Source of the DNA: Candidatus Poribacteria bacterium | GTDB lineage: Bacteria; Poribacteria; WGA-4E; WGA-3G | Assembly (NCBI GenBank): GCA_965198235.1 | Contig: OZ240248.1 | Coordinates: forward strand, 2,624,001-2,688,000 | DNA length: 64,000 bases | Direction of reading: 5' to 3' | In this document: in pieces, positions 1 through 10,307 of the stretch | Numbering within the stretch: position 1 is the stretch's first letter | How the letters are laid out: every line of letters starts with the position of its first letter | Made by a program: the position numbers and the translations under genes | The notes under the pieces: model-generated | The model's input: only the letters and a program-made list of their open reading frames with translations | Told to the model about the DNA's origin: nothing | The model's database searches: none

Positions 1-1263
1 GCACCCCCCACCGAGGAAGCACCTGCTGAAACTCCTGAGGAACCAGCCGCAGAAGAACCAATGCCAGAACCCGTCGTAGAAGGTCCTGGTTTTGATATGA
101 CCCTTGAACCCGGTTTAAACATGATTTCTATTCCGCTGATGCCGGTAGAACCTTACACAGCGAAATCGTTGGCAGAAATGCTGAACGCGACAGCTATTAT
201 TCAACTCGAGGCGGCGACACAGCGTTTTGTCGCTTACACGGTTGCTGATGAAGGTGATGGCTTTGGCGTTACGGGGGACAAAGGTTATATCGTGAATACT
301 CCTGCTGGAGGCATGGTAAAGTTCACAGGTGATGCGTGGGACAACCAGCCTGAACCGGAACCGATGCCAGATGAACCTGTTGCTGAGGATGCACCCGCTG
401 AAGATGCACCCGCTGATGACGCAGTTGCCGAAGATGCTCCTGCTGACGACGCACCCGTTGATGACGCAGTTGCCGAAGATGCTCCTGCTGACGACGCAGC
501 TGTTGAAGATGCAGCCGCTGAGGATGCTCCTGCCGATGACGCAGCCGCTGATGCCGATGGAGACGACGCTGCTGGAGATGACGCAGCTGCTGATGCCGCA
601 CCCGCTGATGCCGGTGGAGATGCCGCACCCGCCGCACCCGCACTCTCAACCTATGACAGCGCATGGGCGTTCATCGTTACCAGTGACATCCATGGCATGG
701 AAACAGGCACAGGGTATATCCTCGTCGCTGAGAACCTCCGCGCTGGTACTATCGCTACCGAGAACATCACAAGCACTGCGAAACGTTCCTCTGCTGTCTG
801 GGCAGACCTGAACCGCAAGAGCGTCGTTGAAGCAGGCGATAAACTCGAAATTGCCCTTTACGACGACCGCGGTAGAATCGTGTCAGGTCCGTTCCAACGC
901 ACGGTTACGACATCTGACATTCGCAATGCGTTCCTGAGTCTGCAGCTGAATGTTGGAGATGTGCAGCCGCAAGACACGCTTTTGGCGCAGAACTTCCCGA
1001 ATCCGTTCAATCCAGAAACATGGATTCCGTATCAGTTGAGCAAAGCGACAGAAGTCAAGATTGATATTTATGATGTATCGGGTCACTTAGTTCGTTCGTT
1101 GGATTTGGGTTGGCAGCCGTTAGGTTCGTATATGATGCCGTCGAGTGCTGCTTACTGGGATGGTAAGAACGCAGTAGGTGAGCGTGTAGCGAGTGGTATT
1201 TACTTCTATACGCTACAGACATCAGATTTTACCGCAACCCGACGGATGGTTATCCTCAAGTAG
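1..1263 (+). CDS. C-terminal part of a large secreted protein with an acidic Ala/Asp/Glu/Pro linker and a FlgD-Ig/T9SS-type C-terminal domain (5' end outside window)
   Basis: Frame is open from base 1 (APPTEEAPAE...). Ends LAQNFPNPFNPETWIPYQL...YWDGKN..GERVASGIYFYTL...RRMVILK. Confidence 0.85.
   Translation, partial: APPTEEAPAETPEEPAAEEPMPEPVVEGPGFDMTLEPGLNMISIPLMPVEPYTAKSLAEMLNATAIIQLEAATQRFVAYTVADEGDGFGVTGDKGYIVNTPAGGMVKFTGDAWDNQPEPEPMPDEPVAEDAPAEDAPADDAVAEDAPADDAPVDDAVAEDAPADDAAVEDAAAEDAPADDAAADADGDDAAGDDAAADAAPADAGGDAAPAAPALSTYDSAWAFIVTSDIHGMETGTGYILVAENLRAGTIATENITSTAKRSSAVWADLNRKSVVEAGDKLEIALYDDRGRIVSGPFQRTVTTSDIRNAFLSLQLNVGDVQPQDTLLAQNFPNPFNPETWIPYQLSKATEVKIDIYDVSGHLVRSLDLGWQPLGSYMMPSSAAYWDGKNAVGERVASGIYFYTLQTSDFTATRRMVILK
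380..630 (+). repeat. Coding tandem repeats (AEDAPADDA-type acidic low-complexity linker)
   Basis: Degenerate 15/30-nt units such as gctgaagatgcaccc and gttgccgaagatgctcctgctgacgacgca. Confidence 0.85.
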
Positions 1264-1288
1264 GGAACACGGCAAACACAATTCACTC

Positions 1289-1322
1289 AAACGCCTTGGT
1301 GTCTTCATCAAGGCGTTTTTTT
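1289..1322 (+). terminator. Rho-independent terminator
   Basis: Stem aaacgccttg...caaggcgttt followed by a T run, about 25 nt after the stop at 1263. Confidence 0.8.
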
Positions 1323-1343
1323 AGCGCATCTCGCTATTTTTAG

Positions 1344-1352
1344 TGGTATAAT
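1344..1352 (+). promoter_or_regulatory. Extended -10 promoter element (TGgTATAAT)
   Basis: Consensus TGnTATAAT about 35 nt upstream of ATG 1387. Confidence 0.55.
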
Positions 1353-1386
1353 TGTAACCACACCCACTTCGACAAAGGGGAATCAA

Positions 1387-2193
1387 ATGGTCAGAAATAC
1401 CGTCCTGCTTGTTGTACTGCTCTGTGTTTTCGCCAGTATAACGAATGCTCAGAATTATTACCCTGCTGATATCGGGAATACTTGGGTATTGGAGAGCGAA
1501 GACGGTGCGGAACGTACCACTTACACAATTGAGGCAACCGATGAACCTTTCAACGGCGAACACGTCCGCATCCTTAAAATCACAACAGAAGTATTAGGCA
1601 CAAGCACTGTCAATACAAGCACCTTCTTTGTACAAGTAGACGAAGAGGGGATGAAACTTCACAGAATAGTTGCCGAGCTTGGTGACGTTTTTGGCGTGGC
1701 GCGCGTAGAATTCTCGCCACCTGCTATATTTTTTCCGCCGATGCTTCGACTTGGAGAAGTATGGGAGACGCAGGGAGAGACAGAAGTAAATATAGTAGGT
1801 GCCCTTACGATCTCCAGTGTGAACGAAGTTGTCGCCATTGAGGACGTAAACACATCGGCAGGACCATTTGAGAACTGCTTGAAAATTCGAGTGAGATCGA
1901 AAACGACCGCTGCGTTGGGAGCGAGTCGTTCCACCTCCTACCAGTGGCTTGCTCCTAATTTCGGACCCGTTAAATTTGAAACAGATCAGGATATTATCTT
2001 TGAATTGATAAGTTCAAATCTGCTCGCGACCGAGATGCCTTATGACGTGAATGCCGATGGAACTGTGAATATCTTGGACCTCGTCTTTGTGGCTTCTCGC
2101 TTTGGGCAGGCTGATCCGACTGCTGATGTAAACGCCGATGGCATCGTTAATATTCTCGATTTGACGCTTATTGCTCAGAATTTCGGGAATTAA
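1387..2193 (+). CDS. Secreted protein with C-terminal dockerin type I domain
   Basis: Signal peptide; two DVNADGxVNILDL repeats at the C-terminus. Confidence 0.85.
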   Translation: MVRNTVLLVVLLCVFASITNAQNYYPADIGNTWVLESEDGAERTTYTIEATDEPFNGEHVRILKITTEVLGTSTVNTSTFFVQVDEEGMKLHRIVAELGDVFGVARVEFSPPAIFFPPMLRLGEVWETQGETEVNIVGALTISSVNEVVAIEDVNTSAGPFENCLKIRVRSKTTAALGASRSTSYQWLAPNFGPVKFETDQDIIFELISSNLLATEMPYDVNADGTVNILDLVFVASRFGQADPTADVNADGIVNILDLTLIAQNFGN

Positions 2194-2248
2194 AAATATA
2201 AAGATAGGTTTCCATATCTCAATACCTTCGCCAAAAAATAAAGGAGGG

Positions 2249-3829
2249 TTACAAAACTCGCTTTTGAGTTTTATGTGTCGCAAGTGTTTCCTCATGCCAC
2301 GCGGATGCTTCGTCTCTGGTTCGAAATCGCCACGAAAATGTAAGCAACGTATCGCCTCCGTTATAGAAAACTGCTTCTGTGTTCCCTTCTCTGTTTCCTA
2401 AAATAGGACGCACCAGAGAGAGCAGTGTCGGTGGTGGATGTTTTCTTCCGTTGCTCTGTCGGACCTCCAGAAGTTGTGTAACTTCACTCTGAACCTCACG
2501 CGTGCCAAGAAGCAGGGGACCATAGCACGCCGTGACCGCGCCTTGTCCCCAGTTCCGTCCATGTCCCGCCGCAATTGAGCAGACCGCGCCTCCCATATCG
2601 GCGTGTTCCCTGCCACCGCGTAGCACACGCCTCGCAATATGTAGACGCGTCGCAGCACTTCGCAACGCACGCGCCGCGTAAGCAATCTCACCTGTCACCT
2701 CATAGGCAAGCGTTAGGGTGGCAGTTGACGGCTCTTGAATCGGTTTCACGGATCCATCATCCGACCATTCACCCCAATATGCCATATCCGCGCGTTTACC
2801 GACACCGAGTTCCCGACGGCGTGTCTCTTGTGGGAAAATCAAAGCCAGCAGTTCTGGGGGTTCATCACGGAGCTCCGCCAATCCCGCACAGATCTCCTCA
2901 TCAAATCCAGTATCCTTAAAAGTCCAACGATAGTAACTCAACGCAGCCGCTGCAGGGTCATTATACGGATCGCTCAACGATGTTACTAATGGTTCTATAA
3001 TCCGCTTTGCCGCCCTTTTGAAAACCTCTTCTCCGGACAGCAGATAGAGATCCCCCAACGCATAGATGGCACCGGAAGCCAACAAGACTTCAATGCCAGC
3101 GATCGGGTCGCCCGGTATATGGTGCGTACTTGCTACAAGCCGATGTAAATTCTTCGCATCAACCGCTGCTTCGTCAAGCCCCTCTCCGTCAAGCGTCCAG
3201 AGCAACGGCATTGGGTCCGGTGCCTCAATAAGCCGTTCGGCGCGCTTTCTTCCGTACCGCAACGCCCACGTTAGATAGCGTTCCTCGCCTGTCACACGAT
3301 ACGCCGCAATCGCGATATGGATGAATCGAAAATGTTCCGCCATTTCATACGCGTCCTTTTCATCGTTCGTCACATCTCGGCTGCCAATGTTGTAACCGAT
3401 AAACGTATCTCGGTCGTAATCATACCAAGGTGGGATCTCTGATACCCAATTCCCGATGTGTTCCGCCGCATCTGTCAGGAGCGTAACCGCTTCCGTATCC
3501 TCCGGCATCAGACCGATGTAACGCGGTAGGAAAAGGAGGAAAGGTTCCGGTCCGTGATGTGCCTCTGCCTTCGGTTCATAGCCGTGGACGCAATCACGTT
3601 TCACCCAACCGAGCAGTGCCCCCTTCAATGTGTCGAAGTGCTGTAGGACGGTCGCATCACCAGTAATTAGGTAATGCGGGAACCATGCGAGTGCATAGTT
3701 CGCCTCGTCCTCGCCGCCATCGTTGGGACCTGGCGGATCGAGCAGCATGCTCTGTTTCAGCCATCGTCCCATTTCGCTTTTGAGCGTGGTATACGCCTCA
3801 TAGCATTCATCATGGATAGTCTTGTTCAT
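2249..3829 (-). CDS. Hypothetical protein, possibly (alpha/alpha)-barrel glycosidase-like
   Basis: 526-aa ORF with recurring YxxTGExxY-type helical motifs; starts about 10 nt downstream of the epimerase gene. Confidence 0.6.
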   Translation of the reverse strand: MNKTIHDECYEAYTTLKSEMGRWLKQSMLLDPPGPNDGGEDEANYALAWFPHYLITGDATVLQHFDTLKGALLGWVKRDCVHGYEPKAEAHHGPEPFLLFLPRYIGLMPEDTEAVTLLTDAAEHIGNWVSEIPPWYDYDRDTFIGYNIGSRDVTNDEKDAYEMAEHFRFIHIAIAAYRVTGEERYLTWALRYGRKRAERLIEAPDPMPLLWTLDGEGLDEAAVDAKNLHRLVASTHHIPGDPIAGIEVLLASGAIYALGDLYLLSGEEVFKRAAKRIIEPLVTSLSDPYNDPAAAALSYYRWTFKDTGFDEEICAGLAELRDEPPELLALIFPQETRRRELGVGKRADMAYWGEWSDDGSVKPIQEPSTATLTLAYEVTGEIAYAARALRSAATRLHIARRVLRGGREHADMGGAVCSIAAGHGRNWGQGAVTACYGPLLLGTREVQSEVTQLLEVRQSNGRKHPPPTLLSLVRPILGNREGNTEAVFYNGGDTLLTFSWRFRTRDEASAWHEETLATHKTQKRVL

Positions 3830-3838
3830 CGTTCTCTC

Positions 3839-4648
3839 CTATAGCAGCGACTTCACAAATTCAATGCTCTGTTTTGCAATCGTTTGCGGATCCGGGTTGA
3901 AGTCGAAAACCTCCGTCGAGACATAACCTTTGTAATCAATCTCTTTCAAGGCTTCAATAATTGGCGGATAATCTACATTGCCAGAACCCGGCAGATAGCC
4001 GTTGTCGTCGTTGGAATGGAAATGTGCAACGTGCGGAGCATGGTTACGGATTTGTGTCGGCATATCCAAGCCCTCTTTCGCAGTGCTACACACATCCAGG
4101 ATCATCTGGAAGTTTGGATGATTGACATCCGTCACCATTTCGACTGCTTTGTCTGGGTTCGTGATGAAGTTCGTCTGATCGCTCGATAATGGTTCCATGC
4201 ACAACACCACATCTCTTTCACCTGCCAGTTCAGCACCTTCTGAGAAAGTCGCCCGCGCGTATTCCCAAGCTTCTTCAAACGAGAGGGGTTCCATTACATT
4301 TCGTTGCTGTGGTGAACCGATAACCATCACTTTGCCATCTAAGTCGGCACATAGGTTAATCAGCGCGAGGAAATAGTCCCGCGTTTCTTTCCGAATATCT
4401 GCGTCCGGGTGATTAATATACAGTCCGGGGGGCGAGACGAGTAGCCAATGAAGTCCAGCAATCTCTATCTTCGCGCTTTCTGCTGCCTTGCGGATGCGTG
4501 TCCGTTCGGTCCCGCTGATGTCAAGGACTGAGTCGGCTAAAGTGAACGGTGCGATCTCAACTGCCTCGTAACCGAGTTCAGCAGTATAGGTAAAAATATC
4601 TTCGATTTTCCAATTTTCAAACATTTCGTTGCATATTGCAATTCTCAT
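3839..4648 (-). CDS. Sugar phosphate isomerase/epimerase (xylose-isomerase-like TIM barrel, D-psicose/tagatose 3-epimerase-like)
   Basis: GYEAVEIAP, CMEPL, MILD, HFHSND, PGSG, STEVF metal-binding motifs; start placed at MRIAICNE. Confidence 0.85.
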   Translation of the reverse strand: MRIAICNEMFENWKIEDIFTYTAELGYEAVEIAPFTLADSVLDISGTERTRIRKAAESAKIEIAGLHWLLVSPPGLYINHPDADIRKETRDYFLALINLCADLDGKVMVIGSPQQRNVMEPLSFEEAWEYARATFSEGAELAGERDVVLCMEPLSSDQTNFITNPDKAVEMVTDVNHPNFQMILDVCSTAKEGLDMPTQIRNHAPHVAHFHSNDDNGYLPGSGNVDYPPIIEALKEIDYKGYVSTEVFDFNPDPQTIAKQSIEFVKSLL

Positions 4649-4718
4649 TCTCTGTCCTACTTTCATTTTTTCCACTATTCTAAAGGGACTGTGCATTTTT
4701 GTCAAATTTTGCTATTGT

Positions 4719-4935
4719 TCAAAAACGCCGGACCAATTCCATGCTCCAAAATCGCGGTTCATTGACATAACCGGTCAGATTGTTGAAGTCAATACCACCA
4801 GTGGGAGATGTATCGTTAAGGATATTGCGTCCTATAAGTGCTACCTCTATATCGGCGTTTGGGAATAGGTAAGCGAGTCGGACACCGCCCTCCAGGAGCC
4901 AATCGTCAGCGAATTCCACCGATTCATCATAACTC
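4719..4935 (-). pseudogene. 3' remnant of a TonB-dependent receptor gene
   Basis: ESVEF...EVALIGRNILND...GGIDFNNLTGYVNEPRFWSMELVRRF* resembles the last beta-strands and terminal Phe of TBDRs; the rest of the gene is absent. Confidence 0.7.
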
Positions 4936-5020
4936 TCCTGTGGAAGTGATCTCCTGATCGCGACATTGTGATGTATTGTGTCAGATTTCACGACATTCTA
5001 TTTGACCTATAGGTTATCCC

Positions 5021-5048
5021 GCTGATTGCTGACCGCTGACTGCTGAGT
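5021..5048 (+). repeat. Heptamer tandem repeat (GCTGAnn)x4
   Basis: gctgatt gctgacc gctgact gctgagt; a related degenerate array lies at about 32371-32428. Confidence 0.75.
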
Positions 5049-5067
5049 GCCATTCCATAAATATTCC

Positions 5068-5095
5068 TTGACATTCGATCTCGTGTTCGTATAAT
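5068..5095 (+). promoter_or_regulatory. Sigma70-type promoter
   Basis: TTGACA-16 nt-TATAAT upstream of ATG 5142. Confidence 0.75.
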
Positions 5096-5141
5096 AGCCA
5101 GATAGCACTACGTTACAAATTTCAGATTTTGGAGATGAACT

Positions 5142-6143
5142 ATGGCGAAAATACGGATGGCGCAGTACGGAACCAAACACGGGCATGCACGCGGGAAGTT
5201 GCAGGCAATGCTTGTCAATCCTGACGTTGAAGTCGCAGGTGTATTTGAACCCGACGCGCAACAACGCGAAAAACTTCAAGCTGACGGCGAGACGTTTGCT
5301 GATGTTCACTGGTTTGCGGATGCTGCAGAAATGTTGGATGATGACACTATCGTAGCAGTTGCTTCTGAAGGTAACAACGCCGAGAGTTTAGATCAGACGG
5401 AGCAGATTGTAAACGCTGGCAAACACCTCTGGTACGACAAGCCTGCTGGTGAAAACTGGGAGCAATGGCAGCGCGTCATTAACACCGCCCAAGAAAAATC
5501 ACTACTTGTACAAATGGGCTATATGTTGCGGTATCACTCTGCCTTTAAACAGGTCGCCGAGTGGGTGAAATCTGGATTTTTAGGTGATGTTTTTTCCGTT
5601 CGCGCACACATGTCGACCAATATTTCTCACGAAGCGCGCACGCGTATCAGCCAACACATCGGTGGTATCTTTTTCGATTTGGGTGGACATGTACTCGACC
5701 AAGTGCTCTGGCTTCTCGGACGACCGGAGAAGGTGACCTCTTTCCTCCGAAACGATGGCGATTCAGTCGAGCCTTTCAAAGATAATACCCTAACTGTCTA
5801 TGAGTTTGAAAAGGCAGTGGCATTTATCTCGATTTCTGCTTTGGAGCCGAGACCGGTTGCGCGTCGATTTGAAGTCTACGGTACCAAGGGGAGTGCTATC
5901 ATCGTTGAACCCTTTGAACCGGGATTGAAGGTTCGACTCTGCTTGGAGGAAACGAAGGATGGATATTCACAGGGTGAACAGGTTGTTGAGATAGCGGGTG
6001 AAAGCCGTCAACGCACCTATGAGCTTGAACTTGACGCGTTTTTAGCGACCATTGCCGGAACGCAGCCTCCTGATCGTCCGGTATCACATGAACTGTTGGT
6101 ACAGGAAACGCTACTGCGAGCCACGGGAGTTATATCGGGTTGA
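5142..6143 (+). CDS. Gfo/Idh/MocA family oxidoreductase
   Basis: N-terminal Rossmann fold, GKHLWYDKP, GGIFFDLGGH, EVYGTKGS. Confidence 0.85.
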   Translation: MAKIRMAQYGTKHGHARGKLQAMLVNPDVEVAGVFEPDAQQREKLQADGETFADVHWFADAAEMLDDDTIVAVASEGNNAESLDQTEQIVNAGKHLWYDKPAGENWEQWQRVINTAQEKSLLVQMGYMLRYHSAFKQVAEWVKSGFLGDVFSVRAHMSTNISHEARTRISQHIGGIFFDLGGHVLDQVLWLLGRPEKVTSFLRNDGDSVEPFKDNTLTVYEFEKAVAFISISALEPRPVARRFEVYGTKGSAIIVEPFEPGLKVRLCLEETKDGYSQGEQVVEIAGESRQRTYELELDAFLATIAGTQPPDRPVSHELLVQETLLRATGVISG

Positions 6144-6155
6144 CCCCAAAATTGA

Positions 6156-6181
6156 GTAGGCGCGCTTCGGAAGCGCGCCTA
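6156..6181. repeat. GTAG-REP hairpin between convergent genes (possible bidirectional terminator)
   Basis: gtaggcgcgctt-cgg-aagcgcgccta. Confidence 0.7.
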
Positions 6182-6214
6182 ACGGAGAAACGTTTGTCGT
6201 AGATTGGATAGCAA

Positions 6215-6880
6215 CTAATCTTCCAATCCGCCCGCCCATTTGAGACATCCTATGATGTGTTCGTGGAACCATTTTTCGCTCCAAAGGGCATCGGGATGTC
6301 CGAGTGCCGTATACATCACGCGCCCTTTTCCGTAGGTATGGCACCAGCCGAGTGCGTAATCGTGGTCATCACGGTTACCGCGAGAGAGATCAATAGAATC
6401 GTTGTCCAAACGCATCAGGACCCGTGTTTTGGAGCGATCCCAATCTTTGAACGTGTAGATTTCATCGACGACCTTGAAACTGCTGCCTAACATACGAGTT
6501 GCTGGATGGTCCCCGTCTTCCACAATCACGTTCACTTCTTCATGCCACGGGTGTCCGGCGAAATAACCACCGAGCATCTCACCGTATTCGGGCCAGTCGT
6601 AGCAGGTATCTGTCGCGTTGTGGATGCCAAAGAATGCTTTGCCGTTCCGTACGAAACTCAACAGTGCCTCTTTTTGAGCGTCATCAAACGCGAGGTTACC
6701 TGTCGTTGCGAATGCGAGGATATCTTGGTTTTCGAGGTTTTCAGCAGTAATCCGGTCGCATCGGTGCGTTGTGGTGACGTTCCAACCGTTTGCTGCACCA
6801 ATCTGCTTCAGTGTAACTTCCGCATCCGGTAGATACGTGTGCTCAAAGCCAGCGGAATGGCGTAACATCAGAATGTTCAT
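6215..6880 (-). CDS. ThuA domain (class I glutamine amidotransferase-like) protein
   Basis: GFEH, FFGIHNATD, GGYFAGHP, DEIY, YGKGRVMYTALGH; GGAG Shine-Dalgarno before ATG 6880. Confidence 0.85.
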   Translation of the reverse strand: MNILMLRHSAGFEHTYLPDAEVTLKQIGAANGWNVTTTHRCDRITAENLENQDILAFATTGNLAFDDAQKEALLSFVRNGKAFFGIHNATDTCYDWPEYGEMLGGYFAGHPWHEEVNVIVEDGDHPATRMLGSSFKVVDEIYTFKDWDRSKTRVLMRLDNDSIDLSRGNRDDHDYALGWCHTYGKGRVMYTALGHPDALWSEKWFHEHIIGCLKWAGGLED

Positions 6881-7152
6881 AAAAAACTCCTTTGCAATAG
6901 GGCGGTGCGCGAGATTCATGACAATTAATTAAATTGATAATTCTCTGGTTTCCGAGTTAAATTTAGGAACTTTATCGGATCACGCGCTTTTTTCGTATAC
7001 GTATTATACAAAATTATCGGAAAAAATGTTAAACTATTTTGAGTTAAACCGTCACATAAAGCAGTGTTGACGTTCCGCTATGTGGTACGCTATTATTGAC
7101 AGTGACCCAACACTTTCTGAATATCCAATAAACAAAACTATAGGAGAACCGA

Positions 7153-8103
7153 ATGAGATTTCTGAAAAAAGGCGAGAAAGAAAAGCCAAAACCTCAGTCC
7201 GATTCTGCGACAAAAGGACATCCCGAACTTCAAGTTATCAGTGGTTCACAGATCTCTGGACGGCAACCCCGACAACCGACACCACCGCAGCAGCAACAGC
7301 AACAGAATATAACATTGCCGAATATCAAGTATAAAATCGCGGTTGCTAGTGGAAAGGGCGGCGTAGGAAAATCTACTGTCGCTACCAATCTCGCGATCTC
7401 CTTGGCGAATGCAGGTAGCACAGTCGGCTTGCTGGATGCAGATGCCTACGGTCCCAGTATCCCAACAATGATGGGTATTCAAGAACAGCCGAAGACCAGC
7501 CCGGAACGTAAGATTATTCCGCTCGTTCGTCACGACATTAAACTCATGTCGATTGGATTTATGGTGCCAGAAGAGCAGGCGATGATCTGGCGGGGACCGA
7601 TGTTACACGGTGCCATCCGCCAACTTCTCGGTGACGTAGACTGGGGTGAACTCGATTATCTGATTATCGATCTCCCGCCGGGAACAGGCGATGTTGCTCT
7701 CTCTTTAACGCAGGCGCTTCCGCTCACCGGCGCACTCATTGTTACGACCCCACAAGATGTCGCTCTCGCCGATGTCCGACGCGGCGTTGCCATGTTTGAG
7801 CGCCTCGGTGTTCCTATTCTCGGTATTATTGAAAATATGAGCTATTTCCTCTGTCCGCACTGCAATGAAAAAACAGAAATCTTTAGAGCAGATGGTGGTA
7901 AGAACACCAGCGAACGATTCGGTGTTGCGTTCTTGGGGCAAATCCCACTTGATGCTGAAGTCTGTACTGCGGGTGACATCGGTGTTCCGATTGTCGCTGG
8001 GCATCCAGAATCCCCACAATCCGGAGCATTCGGCACGGTCGCCGCGGAATTGGCGACGGTCCTGGAGGAAAGTGGCGAAGAAGATGAATTGACGATCCTC
8101 TAA
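7153..8103 (+). CDS. apbC: Mrp/NBP35 family iron-sulfur cluster carrier ATPase
   Basis: SGKGGVGKST, DADAYGPS, WRGPM, DLPPGTGD, ENMSYFLCPHC. Confidence 0.92.
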   Translation: MRFLKKGEKEKPKPQSDSATKGHPELQVISGSQISGRQPRQPTPPQQQQQQNITLPNIKYKIAVASGKGGVGKSTVATNLAISLANAGSTVGLLDADAYGPSIPTMMGIQEQPKTSPERKIIPLVRHDIKLMSIGFMVPEEQAMIWRGPMLHGAIRQLLGDVDWGELDYLIIDLPPGTGDVALSLTQALPLTGALIVTTPQDVALADVRRGVAMFERLGVPILGIIENMSYFLCPHCNEKTEIFRADGGKNTSERFGVAFLGQIPLDAEVCTAGDIGVPIVAGHPESPQSGAFGTVAAELATVLEESGEEDELTIL

Positions 8104-8231
8104 TTCTTGACACGGCAAAATCTGTTGACGATTTCTCTGTTTCCTGTTACAGTACGTTTAGATTCCTTGTTCAAAACCGTTAACGCTTTCTCATTCGAGT
8201 TATCGAGAAACCTTACGTAAGGAGGCTACTC

Positions 8232-9353
8232 ATGGCGAATACAGGTTGGGGAAACATCTACAAAAAACTCGGCGCACGACCCGTTATTAATGCGACAGGC
8301 AACCAGACTGTCCGAGGCGGATCCACACCTTCGGCAACCGTCCGAGACGCAATGCGCCAAGCGGATGAAAGTTACGTCGAAATGGAGGAATTGCTCGAAA
8401 AATCGGGGCAATTCATCGCTGAGCAGTTGGGGGTTGAAGACGCGTATGTCACTGCTGGGTGCTATGCCGCACTCGTCTTGGCATCAGCCGCAGTCATGAC
8501 TGGGAACGATCCTGACAGGTGCGCACAACTGCCAGATACCACCGGACTCAAGGACGAAATCGTTTTTCAGAAGATACAGCACTACGGCTATGATCGTGCG
8601 TTTACAGTTCCAGGGAGTAAACTTATATCTGTAGGGGACGAAAACGGATGCACCGAGGTGGCGTTGAAAGAGGCTATCGGCGAGAATACAGCCGCAGTCG
8701 CGTATCTTATCCAACCGAATCAGGGCAACGCGGTCCCGTTGGAGACAGCGATTGAGATTGCGCATGCGAATGGCTTACCACTCATCGCTGATGCTGCCGC
8801 TCAAATCTATCCACTTGATTACTTTCGGCGGAACGCCCAGTCTGCGGATCTCGTCTGCTTTGGCGGTAAGTATTTCAATGCACCCCACTCTACAGGGTTC
8901 GTTTGTGGCAGAAAAGATCTGATTGAAATAGTGCGGGCGCACGGTTTCATTGGACCAAGACCCGTTGGGCGTGGTATGAAGGTAGACCGTCAGGAGATTA
9001 TCGGATTGGTGACCGCTATTGACATCTGGTTGTCAACGAACCATAAGGTGCGGTCAAAGGAACAGGATGGGAGATATGCTGTCCTCGCACAGGGGCTTGA
9101 GAATCTCGACGGTGTATCCTGCGAAGTCCACTACCAAGAGAAAAGCCATACACTGTCGAATCTACATGTTACGTTTGATACTGCCATTAGTGGCAAAGAT
9201 GCTACGCAGGTCGCACACGAATTGGATGTTGGCACCCCGCGTATCAAGGTGAACACGGACGGTAAAGAAACCATTGTGATTAGTGCCTACACCCTGAATG
9301 CAGGAGAAGAGGATATCATCGCAAACGCCTTGCGACACCTCTTGCGTGGATAG
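8232..9353 (+). CDS. SelA-like PLP-dependent enzyme (DgaE-like)
   Basis: VINATG, IADAAA, FGGKY (PLP lysine), GRGMKV. Confidence 0.8.
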   Translation: MANTGWGNIYKKLGARPVINATGNQTVRGGSTPSATVRDAMRQADESYVEMEELLEKSGQFIAEQLGVEDAYVTAGCYAALVLASAAVMTGNDPDRCAQLPDTTGLKDEIVFQKIQHYGYDRAFTVPGSKLISVGDENGCTEVALKEAIGENTAAVAYLIQPNQGNAVPLETAIEIAHANGLPLIADAAAQIYPLDYFRRNAQSADLVCFGGKYFNAPHSTGFVCGRKDLIEIVRAHGFIGPRPVGRGMKVDRQEIIGLVTAIDIWLSTNHKVRSKEQDGRYAVLAQGLENLDGVSCEVHYQEKSHTLSNLHVTFDTAISGKDATQVAHELDVGTPRIKVNTDGKETIVISAYTLNAGEEDIIANALRHLLRG

Positions 9354-9410
9354 TATTTTGTTTTTTCGCGGTGGCGAGTCCTCAGGCTTGCCACCACCTC
9401 GCTATATTAA

Positions 9411-9543
9411 TAGGACTTACGCGTTTCCTCTTAAAGTCCCCCTGATAAGGGGGATTTAGGGGGTTAAGTACAACGAAGTACTCTCACTGCGAGGCATTTT
9501 CAGCAAAATATACCCTTTTTCTGTTCAATTTGCATAGGTCCTA
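9411..9543. mobile_element. MITE family A copy 1 (TIR TAGGACTTACGC), 5-bp TSD ATTAA
   Basis: taggacttacgc ... tgcataggtccta flanked by attaa on both sides (9406-9410, 9544-9548); internal ccccctgataagggggatttaggggg hairpin. Confidence 0.8.
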
Positions 9544-9580
9544 ATTAATTCGGAAACTTCTGCCTCACGCCGTGATGGGA

Positions 9581-10015
9581 TTACCAGAAAACCCAGTCTG
9601 CCCACGGCTTTATATTAAGCACCATCCCTAATAAACAGAACGCAGCCGACCCGCCGAGTGCCCCTTTCCCAGCAGCCTCCAGTTGTAGCCTCCGCGCTCG
9701 CGCTTTATAGGCATCGGTATAGATACTAACATAGTCGGCTGGTTTGCCGAGAAGTCGCTCAGCGGACGGAATAGGCTGGTAGACATAAGCCCCACCCATA
9801 GCAATAACACCGAGCGGAAGATTCCCCACCACTCCTAAGATTCCCCCGGCAGCAAGCCACACTGTTGTATTTATATCCTCTTCGGCGTCAAATTCTGCAT
9901 CCGATTTGGCGGTAAGGATTACCGTGTTCTGCTGTGCGAAGCAGTGCATCGAGACGTTTAAACTGAGTCCGAACATCAGGACGATCAGAATGTGAAGTAG
10001 CAGACCTCTTTTCAT
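9581..10015 (-). CDS. Hypothetical exported/membrane protein
   Basis: Signal-like N-terminus (MKRGLLLH...) and two further hydrophobic segments; Shine-Dalgarno-like aggaag upstream. Confidence 0.65.
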   Translation of the reverse strand: MKRGLLLHILIVLMFGLSLNVSMHCFAQQNTVILTAKSDAEFDAEEDINTTVWLAAGGILGVVGNLPLGVIAMGGAYVYQPIPSAERLLGKPADYVSIYTDAYKARARRLQLEAAGKGALGGSAAFCLLGMVLNIKPWADWVFW

Positions 10016-10047
10016 TTCCACTTCCTTTTGAAAACGTGAATTTGATT

Positions 10048-10182
10048 TATAGTAAAGCCCGAAAATATATGAACACTTTAGAAAACACAAATGACCGACT
10101 CGCTGGCGGGGTTTCCTGAGGAAACACCCAAGCAAAAACACCCCGCTAATCTTTGGGTGAATTAATGGTGGGTTTTACTATA
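10048..10182. mobile_element. MITE family B copy 1 (TIR TATAGTRAARYCC)
   Basis: tatagtaaagccc ... gggttttactata; homologous ends at 11403-11533 and 27123-27239. Confidence 0.75.
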
Positions 10183-10214
10183 AACATTTCAAGCGCAATA
10201 CAGGTTTTCCGTTT

Positions 10215-10276
10215 GTGGTAGGGCAATTCATTGCCCGTTCCATCCACGGTTAACGGGTGATAGATCGCCTAACTAC
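10215..10276. repeat. Inverted GTAG-REP pair (REPIN-like)
   Basis: gtggtagggcaattcattgcccgtt ... aacgggtgatagatcgcctaactac; same REP type at about 11855 and 43983. Confidence 0.65.
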
Positions 10277-10307
10277 GAATGCATAAGCCTAAAAAAGTCA
10301 AATGTTT

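Noticed and set aside
8232-9353. Selenocysteine synthase / Sec system
   Set aside because: It is a shorter SelA-like protein with no selB, selD or tRNA-Sec nearby; it fits the DgaE-like subfamily better.
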